Source of the DNA: Octopus sinensis
Lineage: Eukaryota
Direction: 5' to 3'
NCBI RefSeq assembly: GCF_006345805.1
Contig: NC_043012.1
Span: 17,980,001-18,044,000, forward strand
DNA length: 64,000 nucleotides
The notes beneath the pieces are model-generated. The model searched no databases, was not told the DNA's origin, and was given only the letters and a program-made list of their open reading frames with translations. Positions 36,748-48,985 of the stretch are shown in pieces. Numbering within the stretch: the first letter of the stretch is position 1; each line of letters opens with the position of its first letter. The translations under genes were made by a program, and so were the position numbers.

Positions 36748-37357
36748 TATATATGTCTCTGTGTGTGTCTGTGTATACATACTATATATATATATATATA
36801 AATATGAAATATACAGATATATACAACATATCCATATATACATGTGTGTATGTATGTATGTATGTTATGTATGTATCTACCGATCTATCTATGTATGCGC
36901 AGTCAAAGATAATGCATTCCTGTATTATTTTGTCTATGTGCATATACATATGTATGTATACATGTGTGTTTCTGTATACATGTGTATACGTTCACGCGCA
37001 TGCAGGTACTAATTTGTGTTGTCTGACGAACAGTTGTGGAATGATGCGTCCGGGAGTTTATATTACATATTTCTGTTTGAGAATATTGCCTGACTTGAGA
37101 ATAATTACGCACGTTTTAGCCATGGTTTCCATTACGTTAATTTAACATGGAGGTATTCGGTGACATTTTTCATTTATTTTTCTTAAATTTTTTTCCCCGC
37201 ACTTTTTTTTCTTTTTTTTTTTCATTCATAATTTAACGCGACCTAAATATCTCTCTTGGTGAATGGTCCAATCTTTCAAACAGAATTCATTCTCCTAAGA
37301 CTAATTTTCACTCGGCAGTTACAAACATAACTTTTTGATATAAAAAACATTAATGGA

Positions 37358-37389
<32 letters not shown>

Positions 37390-37398
37390 TAATAATAA

Positions 37399-37475
<77 letters not shown>

Positions 37476-37478
37476 TAA

Positions 37479-37509
<31 letters not shown>

Positions 37510-38164
37510 TATAGTTTGATCGTTTGGGGACTTGACACCATTTGTAATCTAAAGATTCTAGAGAGTTTTTTTTTAATATTCTTTATACTTGTCCATCTTG
37601 TGTTCACAACTAAAGGAATAAATTGTACAGTTATGAAAAGAAAATTACTGATATAAATGAAATATTTTTTATCCAGTTGCCAAAACACAAACATAAAAGC
37701 AAACTTAAAAAAAAGACAACGAAAATCAAATTCAATATCGAGTTGCATCAATGTGATACATGTCACATTATACGAATATATAAAAGAAGTAACAAAAATA
37801 AACTACATCAAAAACGCTCAGATAAATTTAGTCTAACACATATTCACTCACATTTAATGCACACATTCACACGGTCAGTAAAACAAAAAAGGAAAAAATA
37901 ATATGTGTGATTTATTACATATAAAATTTATACCCTTTACAAACTTTATGCATTTATATTTTCCGTTAGGTTGAGCAAATCTAAAAGCGTCTTGACATAC
38001 ATACTGCATACAACACCAAATGTTAAAAGGGGGGGATATGTTCTTTCCTAGTTCTTGTGCTGAAATCAGTCTTATATTTCTAGCTTCCCTTGCCTCACAC
38101 ACGCACACATACAGACATGAACATACATACGCATACACACACATACACGCTGGCATATACGCAG

Positions 38165-38245
<81 letters not shown>

Positions 38246-38383
38246 TAGATGTGTGTATTTTGCCTTGTTAACAATGAACACGGAAAAAATAATTAAATAG
38301 TCACCAGGGTAGCAAAAATTCACACAAGTAAAAAGGTTATAACTCCTTGTTTTTAAAGGTAAAACTTCGGGTTTACCTGAAAG

Positions 38384-38434
<51 letters not shown>

Positions 38435-41400
38435 CCATGGCAAATGATATGTATGTCACTATATTGAAGAAATAATCCTATGCGCAGCTGTTCTGCAAGG
38501 ATGATCCGTTGGAGAACCTCGATCGGCAATATCATAATTCATTTTATACTATTACTAATAATAGTTTCTGAATTAAACCGACGCATTCAAAAACCTAAGT
38601 TCTAAAAGTACGGTGTTATCCATTAAACCGATCCAAATTCTATATTGTTACCTCATTTTATAAATCCTGGAATGTTGAGGGGCAATGTTGGTTTCATCGA
38701 CATTGTATTCAAAATGCAAAATGTCTCAACAAATAATGTAAATCACTTCGTTCCACGCTAAAACTTATTAAGATTGTTTTTTAAACAACATTCTAAATAA
38801 AAGAAGCGTCGAATATAATTTTGTTTCAATGTTACAAATGAAACATGAAATTACGTCAATTTTAAATGACAGCACTTACTATAAATTGGAAGTGAAAATA
38901 CATTTTCAATGCAAGCATCGACAACTATAAATATAGTAAGTTATATGTAATAATAAGCGACATAAGAGTAATAAAAAAACAGTGAAAATACTCTATGGAT
39001 ATGATTTATTTTTGAATGAATGAATTTTGATCACTGACAAGAAAGATAGACCTAAATCATGCGATAAAATCAATTCTTTCAGCGTAGGAAGAGATCTTTC
39101 GCAGACATTACCCCATATTACATATATAAAAAAAACAACTGACTTTGCAAATTTTAACAAATTTCACGCGACACAGAGCGGTGAAAGTTCAAATCAAGTG
39201 ATGTGTAGAAGACCTAAAGTCCAAGATTATGTTATTTGGATGTAGTGTGGGGAAATATGCTACAAACATATATAATTATCACAAAAAGAAAATAATAACA
39301 ACATGAACACCAAACATGCATTCTTCCTATGTCTGAGACTTGCAACCTATGGAGACATTACAGTGTCACTCGATCGTCTGGAAATATAAGCTAAGTCTCC
39401 CAAAGACACTTTTTACCCTTTTTCGGAAGTAATGTCATTTTGCACAATGTTTTTATTGATGTATTTTAATGATTTGTTCTGGGGAAAATTTTGTAGTCAT
39501 TGCTTCTGCATGAGTCTAATGTCGGTGAGATTGCTGATGTGAATGTTGTACTTAATAACTACAAGAAAACCATGAACTGCTTGGGAACCATAGTTTCATA
39601 ATACTTTAAAAATGAAGATCTAGAAATTGCTATTAGTGGGGAGCTTGGGGCAAGCAGAGACGAAACTAATGACAAAAGTGCGGAGACATGGTTATCGAGT
39701 AGTTTACTGAAAAGTGGTTATATTACTAGTATCACATTAGGATAAAATTCCGCAGCAGAAATGGTTGACTATGTTTAATGGTAAGATAACTGTAGTCTTG
39801 ATATATAAAATGGCGGAATGGTTGTGACTGAAAGAATTTTTATCATTGAGCCGATGAAGACTGTTCAATAGCTGTAAATCACAATAACACATAAAACACC
39901 CATCATATCTAAGAACATTAATATCAATTCGGATTCAGCAATATAATGAAATCATGCAATGAAAATCAGTAATATAATGACATCATATAAAGTACGAACC
40001 AACAGGTCAGGCTATATGCTTGATGAACATAATTAGCAGCTACTTCCCTCACAGATGAACATACTAGCCTATACAAAAACAAAAACACAGGTCATTCTAG
40101 ATTTACTTTATTTCTTAGATGCGTGGGATAATCGTGGCTCAAATGTCTTTGGTGTTAGGTCTACTCATCTTAAACTAGACAAATCATATGCTACAAGTTT
40201 GGGACTGGACACTTTCGTTGTCTCGTTAACAGAAACAAAAATGTGAAACATTTGATATCGCAGCATCTCAGGAAACCGAATCGCAATGAACAACCTAGAC
40301 GGAGGAAGAAGACGATACACGTCTTCAGTGAAGATTTAGGAATTTGTGGTTACTAGTGAATAAAACACAACCTATGGTTTAGGACAAACGGTATAATGGA
40401 GTAATTAAACTCAGTTTCAAATTTAGAACTGAATAGTAATAACGTTTTAAAAAAAAAACTCTAATTAAAAATATTACTATAGTAGGACGATTATAAACTG
40501 ATCGAAATTACTGAACTTCAAGGATATTAAGCATGAAATAATTATGCTCTGATCTACCTTGGTAAAAATATTATGAATATTAAATACAATATTAGTCATG
40601 AGGAAGATGAGAGTGGTAAAAATTAAACATTCCTAGGCTACTAATACCGGAACCAAAAGTTATCCAGAATACACTAATGCCCAGATTGTTTTTTAATGGT
40701 CGATAATCCAAATTAGTCCCAGGTGATTGGCATTTACACCTTCACTGAACCCTAGAAAACGGAACATTATGCCTCACCAGCCATATTGTACTACTTGTTA
40801 TGGTAGTAAAGATTATAAATGCCAAAACGCATCTGTAATCTAATCACAATTACCAACGTCAGAACCACAACCGTTCACCCTGGAAACTACTCACGAGATG
40901 TTTCAATACTTTGCACCTGATTACAAAGTTTCTTAAATAGTGCATACATGCTTTGAGATGTAGAAACAGATGAAATACAAAATCAAAGATTGCTGCTGCT
41001 AAAGTGAAAGAGTTTATGTTTTGCTGTTCATGTGATTTTTGAGATGAAACCCTCTGTAAAGCACCATCGTTTGCGGCAGGCCTGCGCCTGTCGCCCGTTC
41101 CTCCGCCGCGCTACCGTGCCCGAAATCGAAATAATGTGCAGGTAGAAATGAGTTTTGCGTGATATTTTTGGGATAACTTTTACTCTGTCGATTCTAAGTG
41201 CAACCAAGTACTCTATTGACAACAGTGAAGAGGAGTTCGTCGCCTTGAATCGTAAATAATAAAAGAAAACGCCGGTTCCCATTAATAATTGAAGTTTCAA
41301 AAATTTTGGGGAAAATCCTAGTCGATTTATTCATCCCAGAGCACGACCTCTTATCTCTTTTTTCGACTCCAGAACGAGGAAACACAAGTTTGACTCGGGC

Positions 41401-41763
41401 GAGATGCAAACAAAATTGTAACGTAGGAGTGTAATAAAACAAAACACACCCGATCATCTACTCGAGCAGAACTTTCATTAGGATGGATATATAAGAGGGA
41501 TATAACAATTGGATTTATAATATTTTAATGGATAGAACAAGTAGTTTAACATGTTGATGGTTCTACAGTTTTAACACTAAAAGGGGAACTCTTAGTTAAT
41601 ACCGAATATTATATACAAAACGAAAATGCTATCATGAAAGCGGTGATACGATATTTGCAGTTGGATATGTTGAAATATTTTAAAAACCTGTTTTTCAATA
41701 TAAACATATTTTCAGTATTTTGTATGGTCCAGAGAAAACCAATCAGTATAAAACAGCAATATG

Positions 41764-41806
<43 letters not shown>

Positions 41807-41839
41807 ATAAGATATATAATTATAATATATAATAATAAT

Positions 41840-41897
41840 ATAGATTCTACGTTAGGGATGCAAATCCTCACAGTCGCATCCCCAACGTAGAATCTAT
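41840..41897. repeat. 22-bp stem, 14-nt loop hairpin
   Basis: ATAGATTCTACGTTAGGGATGC / GCATCCCCAACGTAGAATCTAT, with one A.C mismatch (41854/41883) that is a G.U pair on the minus strand. Confidence 0.92.
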
Positions 41898-41930
41898 GAT
41901 GTAATACATGTCCTTGAAGTAGTAATTGTG

Positions 41931-42008
41931 CGCGGCTGAAGAAGGCCATAGACACATTATGCATTGTTACAAATCCGTCTAATAAAGGCCCGAAACATAT
42001 GTACCGCG
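41931..42008 (+). ncRNA. Type-I hammerhead ribozyme with extended stem II
   Basis: CGCGG-CTGAAGA-A-GGCC..TAGAC..GTCTA..GGCC-C-GAAA-CATATG-TA-CCGCG. 5-bp GC stem I, palindromic stem III ACATATGT, GUA triplet (cleavage after 42003). One extra C lies before GAAA. Confidence 0.72.
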
Positions 42009-42147
42009 GAATCCTTGGCATCATGTTTTTATTTTGATTAATATAATCTACCACCTACACCACCAAATGATATATACAGGTGCTTACAATTATCAAGTAT
42101 TCACGCTGAATTTTTTTATAATAATAATATATATATAATATATTTAT

Positions 42148-42208
<61 letters not shown>

Positions 42209-42218
42209 ATATATCATG

Positions 42219-42285
<67 letters not shown>

Positions 42286-42410
42286 TAATAATGATAATAA
42301 TAATAATAATAATTATGATGATAATAATAATAATAATGATAATAATAACAATAATAATAATAATAATAATAATAATGATAAGAATAATGATAATAATGAT
42401 AATAATAATA

Positions 42411-42447
<37 letters not shown>

Positions 42448-42449
<2 letters not shown>

Positions 42450-42595
42450 TGCACTACTAGGCACTGCACACATCCTACGCAGAACACTTTCCATACAATA
42501 ACCAACAGAGCATCACAACAAATCACAGCACATACCCAAGGCACACAGAGCTACGCTCGGTAGTGAAGTGAAAGCACGCTATAAAAATAAAACTA

Positions 42596-42600
<5 letters not shown>
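42448..42600 (+). mobile_element. Severely 5'-truncated R4/Dong-like LINE embedded in (AAT)n
   Basis: IALLGTAHILRRTLSIQ* plus a ~100-nt 3'UTR, with (AAT)n directly on both sides. Confidence 0.8.
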
Positions 42601-42682
<82 letters not shown>

Positions 42683-43389
42683 TCTAAAACAAACTCATAA
42701 TGTTCTGAAACATTCGCTACAGCAATACTATGTACAAAGCCAAACATATCAGACCCTAAGCATAACACCAACGTGAACGTCTAACTCTTCTCTCTAGAAT
42801 TCTCTGGTGAGATTTGGAGCCAACTTGTAAAAATACAAACCAAAAGCCAAGCGTATCATAATAATAACAATAATAATAGTAATATAACAATATTAGAGAA
42901 ATAGAGAAAGCGTGAAAGAATATCTGGACAAATCCATATCTAAGATACTGATCAACCGGCATCGCTGCATTAGGGAAGAGGAGCAGCCCCGTCCAGATCG
43001 CAAGTTCACCAGGCATGCAGACGGATAAATACATAGGTATTATGAATAGACATGCACACATACATACGCAAAGGAAGATTGAAACACATGTTTATATGCA
43101 CACACTTCACACAAGTACACATATTGAAACACACATCCATACATAAAGACAGTACATACTCACAAAAACCCATACATAGACACACTCACACTAAGCAATT
43201 TACCCAGACAGCAACACCAAACTCCAAGCAATCCCAATATAAAAGATAATAACAATGATAATACTGATATAATTAAAGACAATAATAATACTGATAACTT
43301 CTACCAATCAAATTACAGTAAATATTTTTTAGAATGATTGGAGAGAAACAGGGACACACGTTGGACACAACTTACAGGAGAAACCAAAA

Positions 43390-46070
43390 TTAATGAATTT
43401 ATGAAAGAAAAATCCCTGTAGCAAAAATCAGTATATTAGCTAAAAGATTAAAATTTATTCCAACCCCATGAAGATCTAACCATAATGAATTAAAGACAAT
43501 ATTTCGGAATTGTGAAGAAAACTACGACAACGAAGATTAGTCACTGGTTAAAAACAGAAATAATTATCGTCCCCGTAAAGGTAGGAATAAAACACTAGAT
43601 GACTTCTGTGGCAACATCCAAAATTCCCCATATACTTCCCATAAACAAAAAATTAATTGAAACCTCAACAATGTAGAATGGAAAAATCTAATTGAACTAC
43701 AAAACGACAGGGACCTAACAATTAAAGATAAAGGAACTGCTGAAGTTCTGATGGACACAAAATACAACAAAAACCTAGTATTATCCATGCTAAAAAAATG
43801 TGTAAACTATAAACAACAGCAAACAATGAAAAATCATGCATCGTAAATACGAGGGACGTTGAATAAGTAATGCGCCTGACCCACTTGCAGTTGTTTGATC
43901 TAGCTGAAATTTTACATGTACAATTATTTATATCTATATACATTAAGTAGCAAATTACAGCTGTGAACTGATTGTGGTTTCTGATTTACAGTTGTTTGAA
44001 CTGAGTCATGTGTGAAATGGATCCTGTTGAGTGTCGAGCAGTGATCTGGTTTTTGTATTTGAAAGGACGCACACCACAGGAGACTTTTGATGAAATGGAA
44101 AAGGCCCGACAGAAAAAGAAACAGATTACGAACATTAAATGTAAACCTAGACTTTTTTACGACCTGATAATCAATGAAGAAGACTGAAAACAATCACCAG
44201 GCAAATACATAAATATCCAGGAGCCAGAAGACTTAAAGTTACCGACCGCCTAAGCAATTATCTACACGTCCTACTGGATCCCTTGCTGAAATACATCAAA
44301 CGTTTCATTTCAGACGTAGTAGACATGCTAGAGCACCTAACAAAAACAATTACTGAAGTGGCATTATTGGTTTCTTTCGATGTTATCAATATTTACACCA
44401 ACATTCTACATGACTATGGAATAAAAGTAATCAAATTCTGAAGTATTTCCGGAATGCATAAATCAGGTCTTTATTATTGACTCTTTACAATTTATACTTC
44501 AGAACAATTATTTCCTAATTGATGACACCTACTATCATTATAAATGCGGAATTGCAATGGGAACGAAAGTAGCTCCTGTTCTTAAGAACCTAAGAATGGT
44601 TTATTTTGAATTCACCATATATGAAATCTCACTGCAAAAATATGGTTATCCATTTCCCCATTATATAAGAGAAAACTGCAAAATATACCTGGATGACTGT
44701 TTTATCATTTGGAAGGAGACCAATGATAAACTTTTTGAATACAAATCAACACTAAATGATATAAACCGTAGCTTTCAATTCACAATGGAATATAGCAAAG
44801 AACAGCTCCTGTTTTGGGATATTATGATAAAAATCAACAACCAAATTATAACTGACATCTATCATAAACCAACGGATTGGAAGCAATATCTCCGTTTTAG
44901 CTCATTCTATCCGAAACACATCAAAATGACCTGTCAAAAATAATTTGCACAATAGTGTCTGATAGTACTAATCGGGACCATCGCCTTCATGGCCTCAGAA
45001 CAACACTAACTGAAAGACATTATCTACCCTCACTTATAGACGATGCAATTAGGTGTGCCAAGAAATTAGACATAAAAACACTAAGGACAACAAATCATAA
45101 CACCCCGCCTTATCTCAAAGCACTACTGTACATATCAACTCACAACCCTAGAAACAATGGAGCATACAATAATATTGTGCAAAATCTTCGTTTATTAACT
45201 AGAGAACCAAACATGAATAACATCCTGAAAATACATAAATTCATCAAATGTAAAATGCAAGGCAAATCGCTAAAGCAACTTCTAACAAATGCGAGGTTTT
45301 ACACAATAACCATTAAACCAACAGCGGTTACAAAATGTGGACGCCCGAACAGTTGAACATGCCCTAACCTGCCTGAAGCGTCGGGTTTCTTTTTCAAACA
45401 AGGAGAGAGGTTCACAATTAAAACCAACTTCACTTGTGCCTCTGAGAGTCTAATTTATGTAATAACCTGCACAGGTCTTGGAATAACTATATAGAACAGA
45501 CAATTAAGACATTGAGAGGGAGAAACACTATACATAAAGAGCAGATCCGTTTCCCGCAATACACACAGATTCCCTTAAGTGAACACATAGATACATGTGC
45601 AGATAACATCATACCAAATTTTGCAGATTTCCTCTTCTACTAGTGCAAATATAAAATTTCTATACATGAATTGTAAAATAAAGAAAATTTATTCATCGAA
45701 AATACAGAAAACGTCTAATTATGCATGCATAACCAACTTTGATCTCTCTACATAATTTAATTCACGATTACATACCCATCACTGTACATATTTTTAATCG
45801 CTGCTCTAGTTTTTGAATTTCTGTGTATATTTTTTACAACCACCGAAAGAGGAACAACTATCACCCCTGTTCACAATAATAAGGATCACCAATTACCTCC
45901 CCTTAGACTTTTCTACATGTTGAATCATCAATTCATAAACTCCACACACAATATGGACAAACGAATTTTTCTTAAGAAAACACGTGCTTAATATAGTTTT
46001 AATGTCATGAAACCGGTCGACAAACAATATAAAATATATTTAGATATATATTAAAACTATGTAAAGTGTG
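43390..46070 (+). mobile_element. Near-complete degenerate Penelope-like element (RT plus GIY-YIG), interrupted by a mariner fragment
   Basis: ISILAKRLKFIPTP; SLVKNRNNYRPRKGRNKTLDDFC; IKDKGTAEVLMD; LVSFDVINIYTNI; GIAMGTKVAP; IYLDDCF; FQFTMEYS..LLFWDI; TDIYHKPTD.KQYL; VTKCGRP..TCP; NFTCASESLIYVITCTG..YIEQT (GIY-YIG, ~45430-45510); HKEQIR..PLSEHIDTC. Confidence 0.9.
43850..44100 (+). mobile_element. Mariner 5' end (left TIR and first 28 codons) nested in the PLE
   Basis: TA|CGAGGG start (TA 43848-43849); ATG at 44017 gives MDPVECRAVIWFLYLKGRTPQETFDEME; PLE RT sequence resumes at 44101. Confidence 0.8.
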
Positions 46071-46107
46071 TGCATTTTCCTTCTTTAATTTCTTTTATAT
46101 ACATATA

Positions 46108-47272
46108 CATGAGTTTGGCAACTAAGTTCCCACCGATTTTAAAAAATTAATTTTAAAAGGTTTATAAAAAATAACAATTAATTAATCAATAACGTATTCA
46201 CCTTTGTTGTTTACAACTTCTTCCCAACGTTCAACAAGATTTTCAATATCTCGTTGGTAGAAATCACCCGATTTCGAATCGAAACATTGATCCAACCATG
46301 CTCTCAAATCTGCGTAACATTTGAAAGACATCGAAAGAAGTGGAAATCCGTTCGTGCCAAAACAGGAGAGTACGGCGGGTGTGGCAGCTCTTCCCAGCCA
46401 TGCGTTTGAATGAATTCTTTGGTCACATTGGGGATATGAGGGCGGGCGTTGTATGCAGCAGAAAAACTCCATGCTGACGAATAGGTCTTTTCTCTTGAAT
46501 AACCGTGCAGAGTCTCTCCATCTGTTGAACATAGAGTTCGGCGTTGACAGCTTGGTTCTGTTCAAGCAAATCCTAATGGATAATCCCTTCTCAGTCCCAC
46601 CATACGCACCAAATCGTTTAACGCAGATGATCTTGTTTCACGCGCGGTGTCACTTGTTTACCGGGGCTAAGCCATTTCTTACACTGCTTTATATTGATGT
46701 AGAGGCACCGTTTTTCGTCGCCAGCAACGATTCGGTAAAGAAATCGTTGCTTGTGTCCATGAGTGGAGCGGTGACGATCAAGCAAACCAGTGGAGACTGT
46801 GGCTCGTTGATATTTCTTTTTGTCACTTCTGAACAGTTCCTATCAATTGAAGTTCCCTTGTTGTTTGCCGTGAATTTTCGTGCAAAATTTGGTTTAATAG
46901 CTCTTCATCTAACCCAACTGGACGGCCAGGACACGGTGCGTCTTTGAGGTCAAAATATCCACTTTTTAACTAGGCATACCAACCATTTCAGCTAGCAAAA
47001 ATTTCGCGATCAGCTTTTATGGCCTTAGAACCTTGATTAAAAGCAAAAAGAAGACGGTGTCGAAAATGCTAGTTTTTCTTAACTTGACATTTCTTTTTAA
47101 TGATCTGAAAATAAGCAAAAATTAACTAAAATTAACCAGAAGAAAAAATGATTCCAAAATGAATCAAAAATAGAATTCTCAGAAAAAAAAAGAAAAAACA
47201 GATTCCAAAACTTAAAAACACAATAAATTCCAAAATATATAAAACGGCAGGAACTTAGTTAACAACCGCATA
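46108..47272 (-). mobile_element. Full-extent degenerate mariner with both TIRs and TA target duplication
   Basis: TIRs 46108-46139 and 47241-47272 match at 24/32 positions by manual alignment; TA at 46106-46107 and 47273-47274. Transposase remnant 47090 to 46182 has RIVAGDEK, WCVWWD, NARPH, PHPPYSPVLARTDFHFF and LVERWEEVVNNKGEYVID*. Confidence 0.92.
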
Positions 47273-47834
47273 TATATTTTGCAATTGACCTCATGTACTT
47301 TCTGGGATTGTAACCAATGGTATGCTGAACTTGCAGGCCAAATTCAAGTGCTCTGATGATTTCAAAGCATTTAGAATGCTTTTTTATGCTTTGATACTGG
47401 TGGTACGTTTTCATCTGCAGTCTCTAACTCCTTACAAACTTTGTAGTCGAAAGACTTGGCAACATTTAAAAATCGAAATATTTCTAAATCGGTATGCTCT
47501 TAAAACGAAAAGAGACTCATGTGTGAATTACCATGTGACGATCATTATTAAACCGAGTCCTTAATATAAAAAAAATTGAAAATATACAAAATCTGATCTT
47601 TAACTTAGAATAAATAACTGCAGTATGATACGCTTCATATCAAGCAAATAAATATATTTAATACTGCATGCAAACTACCACGATAATAAAAAAAAGGGAT
47701 TTATGATGAAGTCGAATCTATATAACAGCGAGAGTATGAAACCGAAATAATTATAAGCAAAGATAATTCGCATACTGGTGGTGGTGATGGGGGGGGGGAC
47801 AAACACAAACACACACATATATGCATATGTGTAT

Positions 47835-47975
47835 ATACGACGGGCTTCTTTCAGTTTCTTTGGTCGGCCAAGACTATAGCAGAAGACATTTGCCGCAGTC
47901 ACGTAGTTGGACTGAACCCAGAAGTATGTGGCTGGGAAGCAAGCTTCTTACCACACAGCCATTTCTGCGCCCATA
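47835..47975 (-). mobile_element. SINE family A 5' portion
   Basis: ATACGACGGGCTTCTTTCAGTTT...GGACTGAACCCAG...TTACCACACAGCCA. Confidence 0.8.
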
Positions 47976-47995
47976 TATATATATATATATATATA

Positions 47996-48032
<37 letters not shown>

Positions 48033-48249
48033 AGTGTGTGTGTGTGTGTGTGTGCGTATGTATGTATGTATATATATATATATACATAGACGGATAGAGA
48101 GAGAGAGACAGACAGACAGACAGAAAGAGAGAGATAATTTTGTTTGCTATACATTCGTTTCCCCTTGTCTTTGTCAGCTGTGTTTGGGGAAAATTGGGAG
48201 AATGAAACAAAATCGATATATTTCCCGAATTTTTTACGGTAAGATTTCC

Positions 48250-48440
48250 TATTCGCCGACGTCAATGATGGCTTTTATTCGTCCCAGGTCAATAAATAAA
48301 TTACTAATCCTACGGTCAAAATACGCTCTTCTGGATTACAGACGTATGTGAATGGTGTATCTTTTGCCCACGATGCTTCGATGATTGCGTCGCAGAACTA
48401 CATGGATGGAGTCGCTTGCCTTATCATACAACTCCGTTAA
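48250..48440 (+). mobile_element. Possible RTE/BovB-type RT fragment
   Basis: FADVNDGF..KIRSSGLQTYVNGVSFAHDASMIASQNYMDGVAC loosely resembles the RTE LLFADDA region. Heavily degenerate. Confidence 0.4.
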
Positions 48441-48985
48441 CCCGTTAATGTTCTACTTGTGAATTTAATTGTTCAAAATACTTATGACTGAGGCTCGATC
48501 ATCCACTAAATTAAAAAGGTTTCAATTAAATAAACATAAAATTAATACACATAAGTCGCCATCAATCCAGGAAAAATGGAAACAAAATTAAAAATCCTAA
48601 CGGCGTTAAATAACCGTATACGTAAAATATTGTCTAGCATAGAAAATTAATCTTCTCAGTTAACTATTAAAATAACCCACAGACAAAATTAAATGCAATT
48701 TAACTTTTAAAGCTATTCTAAATATAAAATGCTTACAAAAAACCCATTAGTCAGCGATAATAGATTAAAAACTTCAAGTGCTTGGAAAGATTGTCACAGT
48801 TTTCATCAAATTCATGCTGCCAAAAATGAAAAAGGAACCATCTACTCCAACCAAAATTTACTTCTCGAAATGTTTCATATAACAATAAAAAACAACTTGT
48901 TCTTTCTCAATTAGAAGTAAATTCCCTGATTTATAACTTTTTCGATATGTGAAAAAGTAGCACACATGGATCGTAGTTAACAATT

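Noticed and set aside
45969-46022. Hammerhead relic at the 3' end of the 43-46 kb PLE (CTTAAGA...GAAACCGGTC)
   Set aside because: The position and ACCGGT palindrome fit, but core G5 is mutated and stems I and II are broken, so it is not called as a ribozyme.
46453-46947. 164-aa plus-strand ORF
   Set aside because: It is the antisense frame of the mariner transposase remnant.
47352-47400. CTGATGA followed by the 9-bp stem TCAAAGCAT/ATGCTTTGA
   Set aside because: No GAAA follows the stem, so it is not a hammerhead.
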